From NCBI RefSeq assembly GCF_964213995.1, contig NW_027590863.1:62001-126000 (forward strand): a stretch of DNA of 64,000 nucleotides. The letters run 5' to 3'. A model generated the notes under the pieces. That model was not told where the DNA came from and made no database searches. It saw nothing but the letters and a program-made list of their open reading frames with translations. The stretch comes from Mustelus asterias (taxonomy: Eukaryota). The translations under genes were made by a program, and so were the position numbers. This document shows positions 37,276 to 47,145 of this stretch, one piece after another (the stretch's first letter is position 1; each line of letters opens with the position of its first letter).

Positions 37276-37419
37276 CCAACTGTCACTCTCTCCTGCAGCC
37301 CGAGCAGCACTCCCTCACTGAGACACCAACTGTCACACTCTACTGCAGCCCGAGCAGCACTCCCTCACTGAGACACCAACTGTCACTCTCCACTGCAGCC
37401 CGAGCAGCACTCCCTCACT
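37276..37419 (-). repeat. Three 50-bp tandem monomers in the CR1 5'UTR
   Basis: ccaactgtcactctc...gcagcactccctcact(gagaca) at 37276, 37326 and 37376. Confidence 0.9.
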
Positions 37420-37976
37420 TCAGGTGGTTGGAGAGTATAATCCCTGTTAATTGGTCTGCAGGAAAAATTCCAAATGACCCTCTGTGCTGGGGATAACCCT
37501 CCTGATTTAGAAGGGATGACAATTAGTACAATTTTTATTCATTTATTGTCTGATTGACTGTTTCACTGGTGCTCGAGCTAAGAAATTACTGTAGATCCTA
37601 GAAGAGGAGTGTCTTATAATGTAATACTTTGTACAAAATAAAGACCATATTTTTCAAATAGTTTTGAAATATTGTGTGTGTTGTTATAATTCGGGTCGAG
37701 AACATTAACGTTCAATGAGAAATCCAAACACCCATCACAAGATTCCAGGTTTTTAAACAAAATCAAACTTTCCATATTCCAGCTATTCTCCAGACTCCAA
37801 GATTTCATGAGGATCCTTCGATTAGCTTTCGGCTAAACACCTCTCCAACTTTCCTTTGAGATTTCAGAATTGACTCAAAACATGGACTCCTCAATCCAAG
37901 CATGGACTTCACTGCCTTCTTGCTGAGGGCTTTAAACATTGAGAACATCCCTGGTTCCTAATGACCTTCTCGGCTC

Positions 37977-38428
37977 CGGCTCCCACAGCTGGTTCACAGC
38001 TCCCACTCCCACAGCTGGTTCGCAGCTCCCACTCCCACAGCTGGTTCACAGCTCCCACTCCCACAGCTGGTTCACAGCTCGTGCTCCCACAGCTGGTTCA
38101 CAGCTCCCGCTCCCACAGCTGGTTCACAGCTCCCGCTCCCACAGCTGGTTCATAGCTCCCGCTCCCACAACTGGTTCACAGCTCCCGCTCCCACAGCTGA
38201 TTCACAGCTCCCGCTCCGACAGCTGGTTCACAGCTCCTGCTCCCACAGCTGGTTCACAGCTCCTGCTCCCACAGCTCGTTCACAGCTCCTGCTCCCACAG
38301 CTGGTTCACAGCTCCTGCTCCCACAGCTCCTGCTCCCACAGCTGGTTCACAGCTCCCGCTCCCACAGCTGGCTCGTGGCTCACAGCTCCCGCTCCCACAG
38401 CTAGTTCACAGCTTCTGGTCCCACAGCT
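37977..38428. repeat. 26-bp minisatellite, ~17 copies
   Basis: Unit ctcccacagctggttcacagctcc(c/t)(g/a) with CAGCTG in most units. Confidence 0.95.
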
Positions 38429-38723
38429 GACGGTTTGCAAGCTCACTGCAGACTGCCTGGTTTCTGTGAGAACTACCCAGAATTCCAACCAAGGTTCCAC
38501 TCTGAATCACTTATCTCCATGGTAACGGAGACCAGTTAGCATATCCAATAGATGTTTAAATTAATTAACTTGTAGTTTCAAAACCAAACATGTAACCCTG
38601 AGTCTGCTAGAAGAAGTCACCTCACTAATAAAGACAGGACATTAAATGTCAGATCCAATGTCTCCAGATCTCCAGCTGAAGAGGCTGAGCCCAGCCCCCT
38701 TTTTACAGTATTAGTTGCTACAT

Positions 38724-39068
38724 TCATAGAATCATCATAGAAACCCTACAGTGCAGAAGGAGGCCATTCGGCCCATCGAGTCTGCACCGACCACAATCCC
38801 ACCCAGGCCCTACCCCCACATATTTTACCCGCTAATCCCTCTAACCTACACATCCCAGGACTCTAAAGGGCAATTTTTTAACCTGGCCAATCAACCTAAC
38901 CTGCACATCTTTGGACTGTGGGAGGAAACCGGAGCACCCGGAGGAAACCCACGCAGACACGAGGAGAATGTGCAAACTCCACACAGACAGTGACCCGAGC
39001 CGGGAATCGAACCCGGGACCCTGGAGCTGTGAAGCAGCAGTGCTAACCACTGTGCTACCGTGCCGCCC
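38724..39068 (-). mobile_element. HE1-like V-SINE, full length and young
   Basis: CpG-retaining head GGGGCGGCACGGTAGCACAGTGGTTAGCAC, V-domain and TTCTATGA tail. Confidence 0.85.
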
Positions 39069-39695
39069 CGATCTGGTCAGTAAAGATCTAAATGTCCCAA
39101 ATCTTGCATTAATTGTGCTACTTCCAGCTGCTTTTCACAATCCAGAAATGTGATTTTCAGTATCCACAATAATCAAATAACCCATGGTTGTTTTTTCTGA
39201 ATCAAATTATTTGCAATCTTTTTGAATGAACATGTCAAAACTTAGGGAATTCCCTCTGTGTATTTAATTAGAAATGTCTCACTGTGACTCAGAGAGGAAC
39301 AGTCCAGCTGCCCTTTTACAGTTCTTACCCTTCCAGTTTTGACTTTTTAAGCAAACATGGGCCACGCCTTGAGACTGCGAGTTCCCTCAGGTGTTTTTGT
39401 CAGATTCTCAACCCAGGTTTTTCATTTATCTTTCGTTAAAAAATACTAATTCTCAAACTAAAAATTTATTTCTAAAACATGAATGATCAGATAGACACAA
39501 ACCTCTTCCTCAGGAAGAAATGAAAATGTATCACCATCTGAATATCCTATTTAGAATATTACAATTTTCTGTACATATTAATAACAGCCATGATCATATT
39601 GAATGGCGGAGCAGCTCAAAGAGCATCAGCCCACTGGAAGCAAAGTCATGAGACCGGTCAGTCCAGCAGAAAGAAACCCTCCGATGGTCCCACTT

Positions 39696-40055
39696 TGGGG
39701 AGGCGATGGCCTAGTGGTACTATCGCTAGACTAGTAATCCAGAAACGCAGCTAAAGTTCTGGGCACCCAGGTTCAAATCCCACCATGACAGATGGTGGAA
39801 TTTGACTTCAATAAAAAATATCTAGAATTAAGAATCTACTGATGACCATGAAACTATTGTTGATTGTCAGAAAAAAACCCATCTGGTTCACTAATGTCCT
39901 TTAGGGAAGGAAATCTGCCATTCTTACCTGGTCTGGCCGACGATGACTCCAGAGCCACAGCAATGTGACTGACACTCAACTGCCCTCTCAAGGGCAACGA
40001 GAGGTGGGCAATAAATGCTGACCAGCGACACCCATGTCCCACACTGAATAAAAAT
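39696..40055 (+). mobile_element. SacSINE1-like SINE inserted in the 3'UTR of gene 6
   Basis: Splits the family-conserved 3'UTR (39615-39690 and 40060-40130). Confidence 0.65.
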
Positions 40056-40132
40056 AAAACTGTCAGAGTGAACATGGTTCAGTTCTGGATGTGAATAACA
40101 GCAGCAATAACAGCAGAATCCAGTCCCTGTAA

Positions 40133-41137
40133 TCATTTGTGAACTCGCTGGTATCTGAACAGATTGGATAACTGAGTGAATGCCATCCTGCACAGACCCA
40201 GTGAATGGCCTCTCCCCAGCATGAAGACACGGGTGTGTCAGAAGGTTGGCTGAATCAATGAATGCTTTCTCATTCAGTTGAACAGCCTCTCCCATTTGTG
40301 AACTCGCTGGTGTGTCTGCAAGTGAGATAATCGATTAAATCTCATCTCACACTCTAGACAGCTGAATGGCCTCTCCCCTGTGTGAACTCGCTCGTGTCTC
40401 AGCAGGTCAGATGAAGTAGCGAATGCTTTCCCACTCAGAGCAGATGAACGGTCTCTCCCTAGTGTATCTGTAGGTTGTAAGAGAGAGAGAATCCCTTTCC
40501 ACACTCAGAGCAGGTGAATGGCCTCTCCCCAGTGTGAACTCGCTGGTGCGTCTGCAACTGAGTTAACCGACTGAAACTCATTTCACACTCAGAGCAGGTA
40601 AATGGCCTCTCCCCACTGTGAATTCGCTGGTGTATCCGGAGATTGGAGGACCAAGAGAACGCCCTACCACACTCTAAGCAGGTGAACGGCCTCTCCCCTG
40701 TGTGAACTCACTGGTGTGTCATTAAGTCGGATGAATTCGTAAATCCCTTTGCACACTTAGTGGAAGTGAACAGTCTCTCCCCAGTGTGAATTTCCAGCTC
40801 CGACGGGAATCTGAATCCCTTTCCACAGTCTCCACAGTTTTTCCATGGTGTGAGTGTCCTTGTGTCTCTCTAGGTTCCTGAGTTGTCCACACACAGACTT
40901 TGTGTACGGTCTCTCCTTTGTAAATGGTGATGTTCTTTCAGGCTGTATAATGTCTAGCTGCATGGGTCTCGTTGCTTTTCCAGTCACACCAATGTTCAAA
41001 ATCTTATGAAGCAGATAGAAGAGAGAAACATTTCTCCTGGACTCAAATGCCGATGATATTCTGGTCCCAATAATCAAACAATTATTCTTGATATTTGCTT
41101 TGAGATTTCAATCTGTAAATCCTCCTCCTCTGTTATT
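40133..41137 (-). pseudogene. ZNF pseudogene (gene 6), about 8 partly degenerate fingers
   Basis: Family leader and TMEK start near 40846; several deletions, frameshifts and an in-frame TGA; ends HK-stop at 40133. Confidence 0.8.
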
Positions 41138-41531
41138 CTGAAAAGAGGTTTACAAAAATCATCACTGTCAGTACAGGATAGAAATTCAGGATGGACAAGT
41201 CTCATTTCTGTGGTCATATAACTGGACTAAAAATGTGTGGTAGACAGTATAGCATTTCTTAATGAGACAGATGGTGGGAGGGGGATTTGAGAAACCTTTA
41301 TTTAGACAGCAAGAGGTCGGTAAGGATGGTGGAAGTGAAGGCGAATGCGTTCAAAATAAGATCAAATGGACAATGAGGAAGTTAATATGCAGGGTTAAGG
41401 GGATAGAGAGGGTGAATGGGACTGAGTGAATTTCTCCAAAAAACAGTTGACATGGACTCAAGATTTCAAATTGATTCCTTCTGAACTGGAATGTCACTTT
41501 GACTGGAAATGTATAACAAAGCTACATATGC

Positions 41532-41855
41532 AGGGCAGCACGGTAGCACAGTGGTTAGCACTGTGGCCTCACAGCTCCAGGGACCCGGGTTTGATTCCTG
41601 GTTTGGGTCACTGTCTGTGCGGAGTCTGCACATTCTCCACGTGTCTGCGTGGGTTTCCTCCGTGTGCTCCGGTTTACCCCCACACTCCAAAGATGTACGG
41701 GTTGGGTTGATTGGCCATGCTAAATTGACCCTAGTTTCAGGGGCATTTGCAGGGTAAATATTTGGGGTGACGGGGATAGGGCTTGGGTGGGATTGTTGTC
41801 AGTGCAGGCTCGATGGGCTGAATGGCATCCTTCTGTACTGTAGGGATTCTGTGAT
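41532..41855 (+). mobile_element. HE1-like V-SINE
   Basis: GGGCAGCACGGTAGCACAGTGGTTAGCAC head through a gggattctgtga tail. Confidence 0.8.
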
Positions 41856-42284
41856 TTTATATTATATGACAAGAATAAAACTAACAATACATGAATCTTA
41901 TTACTGAAACAAAAATATACCGAGATGTACCTTCTATCAACAGAAGACATATATCTGTCGTTATTAACCTAAAAAGTAAACATATTTCCAGAAAAGTCCA
42001 ATGGAATATTGAAGGACACCGTTTCACATTTAAAAAACTTTTACTTTAGAAATTTATCTAAAATCAGCATCACTAAATCATGCAAAGAGAGAAACGGTAT
42101 TTGAATAGACAAGATAAATTACACTTTAAAAACTCAGACAATAAAAACAGGTTCCACAAAATCACAAACATTTCCCCCTCAGTATATTTGGCTCTAATAT
42201 TTGGTTCCAGAGTATTTCTGTCTCTCTCATTCTCAGGGGCAGAAATAAAGTGTTTTCCTCACAGATGTTGTCCAGAGGAGGAGG

Positions 42285-43598
42285 TTTGAGTCTGTGTGTG
42301 AAGTTTGAGTCTGTGTGTGAAGTTTGAGTCTGTGGTGAAGTTTGAGTCTGTGGTGAAGTTTGAGTCTGTGGTGAAGTTTGAGTCTGTGGTGAAGTTTGAG
42401 TCTGTGGTGAAGTTTGAGTCTGTGTGTGAAGTTTGAGTCTGTGTGTGAAGTTTGAGTCTGTGGTGAAGTTTGAGTCTGTGTGTGAAGTTTGAGTCTGTGG
42501 TGAAGTTTGAGTCTGTGGTGAAGTTTGAGTCTGTGGTGAAGTTTGAGTCTGTGGTGAAGTTTGAGTCTGTGTGTGAAGTTTGAGTCTGTGTGTGAAGTTT
42601 GAGTCTGTGGTGAAGTTTGAGTCTGTGGTGAAGTTTGAGTCTGTGTGTGAAGTTTGAGTCTGTGTGTGAAGTTTGAGTCTGTGGTGAAGTTTGAGTCTGT
42701 GTGTGAAGTTTGAGTCTGTGGTGAAGTTTGAGTCTGTGTGTGAAGTTTGAGTCTGTGTGTGAAGTTTGAGTCTGTGTGTGAAGTTTGAGTCTGTGGTGAA
42801 GTTTGAGTCTGTGGTGAAGTTTGAGTCTGTGTGTGAAGTTTGAGTCTGTGGTGAAGTTTGAGTCTGTGTGTGAAGTTTGAGTCTGTGTGTGAAGTTTGAG
42901 TCTGTGTGTGAAGTTTGGGTCTGTGTGTGAAGTTTGAGTCTGTGTGTGAAGTTTGAGTCTGTGTGTGAAGTTTGAGTCTGTGGTGAAGTTTGAGTCTGTG
43001 GTGAAGTTTGAGTCTGTGTGTGAAGTTTGAGTCTGTGTGTGAAGTTTGAGTCTGTGGTGAAGTTTGAGTCTGTGGTGAAGTTTGAGTCTGTGTGTGAAGT
43101 TTGAGTCTGTGTGTGAAGTTTGAGTCTGTGGTGAAGTTTGAGTCTGTGTGTGAAGTTTGAGTCTGTGGTGAAGTTTGAGTCTGTGTGTGAAGTTTGAGTC
43201 TGTGTGTGAAGTTTGAGTCTGTGTGTGAAGTTTGAGTCTGTGGTGAAGTTTGAGTCTGTGGTGAAGTTTGAGTCTGTGTGTGAAGTTTGAGTCTGTGTGT
43301 GAAGTTTGAGTCTGTGGTGAAGTTGGAGTCTGTGTGTGAAGTTTGAGTCTGTGTGTGAAGTTTGAGTCTGTGTGTGAAGTTTGAGTCTGTGGTGAAGTTT
43401 GAGTCTGTGGTGAAGTTTGAGTCTGTGTGTGAAGTTTGAGTCTGTGGTGAAGTTTGAGTCTGTGGTGAAGTTTGAGTCTGTGTGTGAAGTTTGAGTCTGT
43501 GGTGAAGTTTGAGTCTGTGTGTGAAGTTTGAGTCTGTGTGTGAAGTTTGAGTCTGTGGTGAAGTTTGAGTCTGTGGTGAAGTTTGAGTCTGTGGTGAA
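42285..43598. repeat. ~1.3-kb two-variant minisatellite (18-bp gaagtttgagtctgtggt / 19-bp gaagtttgagtctgtgtgt), ~70 units
   Basis: Directly visible; irregular alternation of two units with very few point variants. Confidence 0.97.
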
Positions 43599-43679
43599 GC
43601 TACAAACAGAAGCTGTTCTGTTTCAAATCAAACTGCGGGACTTGGAAGAAAATGATGGGAAGAGATTTTGCAAAGTCCC

Positions 43680-44330
43680 CTCCCCCACTCCCTCAGCTGG
43701 CAGCCCAGCGCGCAGGCGCAGAGAGCGCTGCTGAGCCGAGCTGTCCGGAGCAGGCGCAGAGAGCGCTGCTGAGCCGAGCTGTCCGGAGCAGGCGCAGAGA
43801 GCGCTGCTGAGCCGAGCTGTCCGGAGCAGGCGCAGAGAGCGCTGCTGAGCCGAGCTGTCCGGAGCAGGCGCAGAGAGTGGTGCTGAGCCGAGCTGTCCGG
43901 AGCAGGCGCAGTGCGGCTGCCGCCAGCGGTCGCTCTCGATCTCTTTTTGGAGCCGCAGCCGCCGGAGAGCGAGGGGGGAGGGGGAGATCACCGAGCGGCT
44001 TCTCGCTCTGGCCGGAGCCGCCAGCCGGTTGCCTGGAAACCTTGGCTCGATGTGGTGCAGGGGGAGGGGAACAATGGGTGGGGGCGGGGCTCCCGGGTCC
44101 GCGCGCCCGGGCCTGCGCACTGGAACCCAGCGACGTCACCGCGGAGCAGAGTGATTCCTATTGGCTGATTCAGGCAGGGCTCTATTGTGATGTCACAATG
44201 CGGAAGTTGGCCAATGAGCTTCAGAGTGAAACTTCCTCCTCTGTGTTTCTCCCTTTCCATTTCTTTTCTCATTCTGGGGGAAATTGCTGACTTGCAGCAA
44301 CTGAAGGGAAAGGAAGTGAATCCAGTCTGT
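43680..44330. promoter_or_regulatory. CpG-island bidirectional promoter (type B) between gene 6 (-) and gene 7 (+)
   Basis: GGGGCGGGG, GCCTGCGCA, CGACGTCA, ATTGG/CCAAT and CGGAAGT; homologous to 58330-58710. Confidence 0.7.
43712..43912. repeat. 38-bp CpG-rich tandem repeat, 5 copies plus a partial
   Basis: gcaggcgcagagagcgctgctgagccgagctgtccgga at 43712, 43750, 43788, 43826 and 43864. Confidence 0.95.
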
Positions 44331-45005
44331 ATATTCTATACATTTTTAGTTCAGTCGTTTAGACATATATCTGTCTGGCAGCCTGCATGGAGATTTCCAG
44401 CTCTCTGTATTCAGGGCAGGAAGCCGTGAGCATGGATCTGTCAATCAGCCTCAATCAGCACCTTCAGGAGAATTGGGAGGGTGAATATTAGATACAGCAG
44501 AGTGAGAATGGAGGGAGAGTGTGTAGGATGGAGATTCACAGCTTTTGGGGAATATGCGAGGAAAGAATGCGTTATAGAAACTAAAATGATGTGTTCTGAA
44601 TTTCTATCTTATACTAACTGTGATGTCTGTTGTAAATTTATATTACAGGCTATCAGGAGGTGAGGATTTACAGTCAAAAATCTCAAGCCAAACGTCATGT
44701 CAAGAACTGACAAAGTCACTCAATTTGATAGAACCTGAATATCATCTACCTTTGAATCCAGAAGAGAAATGTTTCTCTGTTCTGTCATCTTCAAAAGATT
44801 TTAAGCATGAGTGAGAGTGGAAAAGCACTGAAACATGCCCACACCCAAGTGAGCGCATTCCAGTGTAATGACTGTGGAAAGAGCTTTAACCAGTTACACA
44901 GCCTGAAAACACATCGCAGCATTCACAGCGGGAGAGACTGTACCTGTGTTCTGTGTGAGATTTAACTGATTGTTTAACCTGGAGAGTTACAAGGACATCA
45001 GCACC

Positions 45006-46268
45006 ATGGAGAAACCGTGGAAATGTGGAGACTGTGGGAAGGGATTCATATCCCCATCTCAGCTGGAGATTCATCAACGCAGTCACACTGGGGAGAGGCC
45101 ATTCACCTGCTTTGTGTGTGGGAAGCGATTCACTCACTTACCTAATCTGCAGAGACACCAACGAGTTCACACAGGGGAGAGGCCATTCAGGTGCTCTGAC
45201 TGTGGGAAGGGATTCGCTCATTTATCCAGCCTATGTGCACACAAAGTCACTCACACCCAGGAGAGACCCTTTAAATGCTCTGACTGTGGGAGCAGATTCA
45301 AAAGCTCTGGTGAACTGGTATCCCACCAGCGCATTCACACTGAGGAGAGACCGTTCAGCTGCTCTCACTGCTCAAAGAGGTTTAAAATGTCATCCAAACT
45401 GCGGATACACCAAGGAATTCACACTGGGGAGAGACCATTTACCTGCTCTGTGTGTGAGAAGGAATTCACTCATTTATCCAGTCTGCGCGCACACAAAGTC
45501 ACTCACAGCAATGAGAGACCCTTTAAATGCTCTGACTGTGGAAGCGATTTCAAACGTGCTGTGGAACTGAGAGACCACGAGCGCATTCACACTGAGGAGA
45601 GACCGTTCAGCTGCTCTCACTGCACAAAGAGGTTTAGAAATTCATCCGACCTGCTAACGCACCAGCGAGTTCACACCGGGGAGAAACCGTTCACCTGCTC
45701 TGTGTGTGGGAAGGGATTCATTCATTCATCCCACCTGCTGAGACACAAGTTCACTCACACCAATGTGAGACCCTTTAAATGTTCTGACTGTGGGAGTAGC
45801 TTCAAAAGCTCTCGGGATCTGATGATTCACCAGCGCATTCACACTGAGGAGAGACCGTTCAGCTGCTCTGTCTGCACAAAGAGATTTAGAATGTCATACA
45901 ACCTGCGGAAACACCAGGCAGTTCACACCGGCGAGAGGTCATTCACCTGCTCCGGGTGTGGGAAGGGATACATTCAGTTATCCAGCCTGCTGAGACACAA
46001 TGTCACTCACACGCAGGATAGATCCTTTAAATGTTCTGACTGTGGAAGTGGCTTCGAAAGCTCTGGAGAACTGGTGTCCCACCAGCGCATTCACACTGAG
46101 GAGAGAGCGTTCAGCTGCTCTCACTGCTCAAAGAGATTTAAAACATCGTTCACACTGCGGGTACACCAGCGAGTTCACACAGGGAAGAGGCCATTCACCT
46201 GCTGTGTGTGTGGGAATGCATTCACTCAGTTATCCCACCTACAGAGACACCAGCGAGTTCACAAGTGA
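45006..46268 (+). CDS. C2H2 zinc-finger protein (gene 7), 15 fingers
   Basis: ORF 44970-46268; accATGg at 45006 (MEKPWKC); acceptor tattacag near 44648. Confidence 0.9.
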   Translation: MEKPWKCGDCGKGFISPSQLEIHQRSHTGERPFTCFVCGKRFTHLPNLQRHQRVHTGERPFRCSDCGKGFAHLSSLCAHKVTHTQERPFKCSDCGSRFKSSGELVSHQRIHTEERPFSCSHCSKRFKMSSKLRIHQGIHTGERPFTCSVCEKEFTHLSSLRAHKVTHSNERPFKCSDCGSDFKRAVELRDHERIHTEERPFSCSHCTKRFRNSSDLLTHQRVHTGEKPFTCSVCGKGFIHSSHLLRHKFTHTNVRPFKCSDCGSSFKSSRDLMIHQRIHTEERPFSCSVCTKRFRMSYNLRKHQAVHTGERSFTCSGCGKGYIQLSSLLRHNVTHTQDRSFKCSDCGSGFESSGELVSHQRIHTEERAFSCSHCSKRFKTSFTLRVHQRVHTGKRPFTCCVCGNAFTQLSHLQRHQRVHK

Positions 46269-46544
46269 TGACAGGGGTTGGATTCTGCTGTTATTGCTGC
46301 TGTTAATCACATCCAGGACTGAACCATGTTCATTCGGACAGTTGGTGAAGTGGGAGGGTCGGAGGGTTTCTTTCTGCTGGACTGGCCAGTCTCACAACTT
46401 TGCCTCCAGTGGGCTGATGCTCTTTGAACCTGGGAGAGCACATTTCCACTGAAATGATCCACAAAACTAATGAAGGACATTTATTTTATCCTTGATCATA
46501 AATTTTTCCTACGACTACTGGTCGATCTAAAATAAATACAGAAA

Positions 46545-47145
46545 AAACTAGAAAATCAAAGCCAGTCTGGTAGCATCTCTGGAGAGAGAAACAGAGATAA
46601 CCTTTTATGTCCAATGTAACTCGACTTCAGAACGAAAGCGAGGGAGAAATGTGATGGGTTTGATGCTGGTGAGAAAGAGGGGAGGGGCAGGTAGAACAAA
46701 AGGGAAAGTCAGGGATTGGTTCGAGGGTGGGTGAAATTAAATGACAAAAATATGCTGGAACAAAAGGCAAAGGGAGAGGTAATGGTTGTGGTAAAGAAAC
46801 AAAGCATTGGTCCAGAGTAAGTGTTAATGGCAGAATAAAGGACAGCTCTGTCTGGAAGCAAAAAAACATGAAAACAAGATACAGACTGGCACTCAGCAAA
46901 AAAACCCATCAAAATGGAGGAGAGAGTTCAGGGTGTGAAGTTGTTGAACTCAATGTTGAGTCCAGAAGGCTGTAAAGTGCCTCATCGGAAGATGAGGGGC
47001 TGTTTGTCCAGCTTGTGTTGGGCTTCTCCGGAACATTGCAGCAGGCCGAGGACAGAAATGTGAGTGTGAGAGCAAGGTGGTGAATTCTAATAGCAAGCTG
47101 AAGGTCAGGGTCATGCTTGTGGACTGAGCGGAGGTGTTCCACAAA
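46545..47145 (-). mobile_element. Penelope-like element 3' fragment (family 2)
   Basis: Degenerate GIY-YIG C-terminus (EHLRSV...IFR.GTLQPSGLNIEFNNF) followed by a terminus matching 3830-4250. Confidence 0.6.

Larger units (their letters stand above)
33301..37422 (-). mobile_element. Full-length, apparently intact CR1-type LINE (~4.1 kb)
   Basis: Two open ORFs, (ATGTTCT)n 3' tail, three 50-bp 5'UTR repeats, and TCACTTCA at both ends (33301-33308 and 37415-37422). Confidence 0.92.

Noticed and set aside
37939-38430. Repetitive proteins from minisatellite or CpG-island ORFs (also 43623-44290, 58114-58870 and 6406-6775)
   Set aside because: Open by virtue of repeat structure or GC content; no protein features.
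38990-39068. tRNA genes at SINE heads
   Set aside because: The A/B-box heads run directly into the SINE V-domain or core; they are not stand-alone tRNAs.
42285-43598. CRISPR-like array (also 6397-6698 and 37977-38428)
   Set aside because: Contiguous tandem units with no unique spacers, no cas genes, and a vertebrate context.
46468-46500. SECIS element supporting selenocysteine at the UGA/TGT position
   Set aside because: The ATGA...GA candidate has only a ~5-bp stem, lacks the apical AA and is not evident in paralogs.
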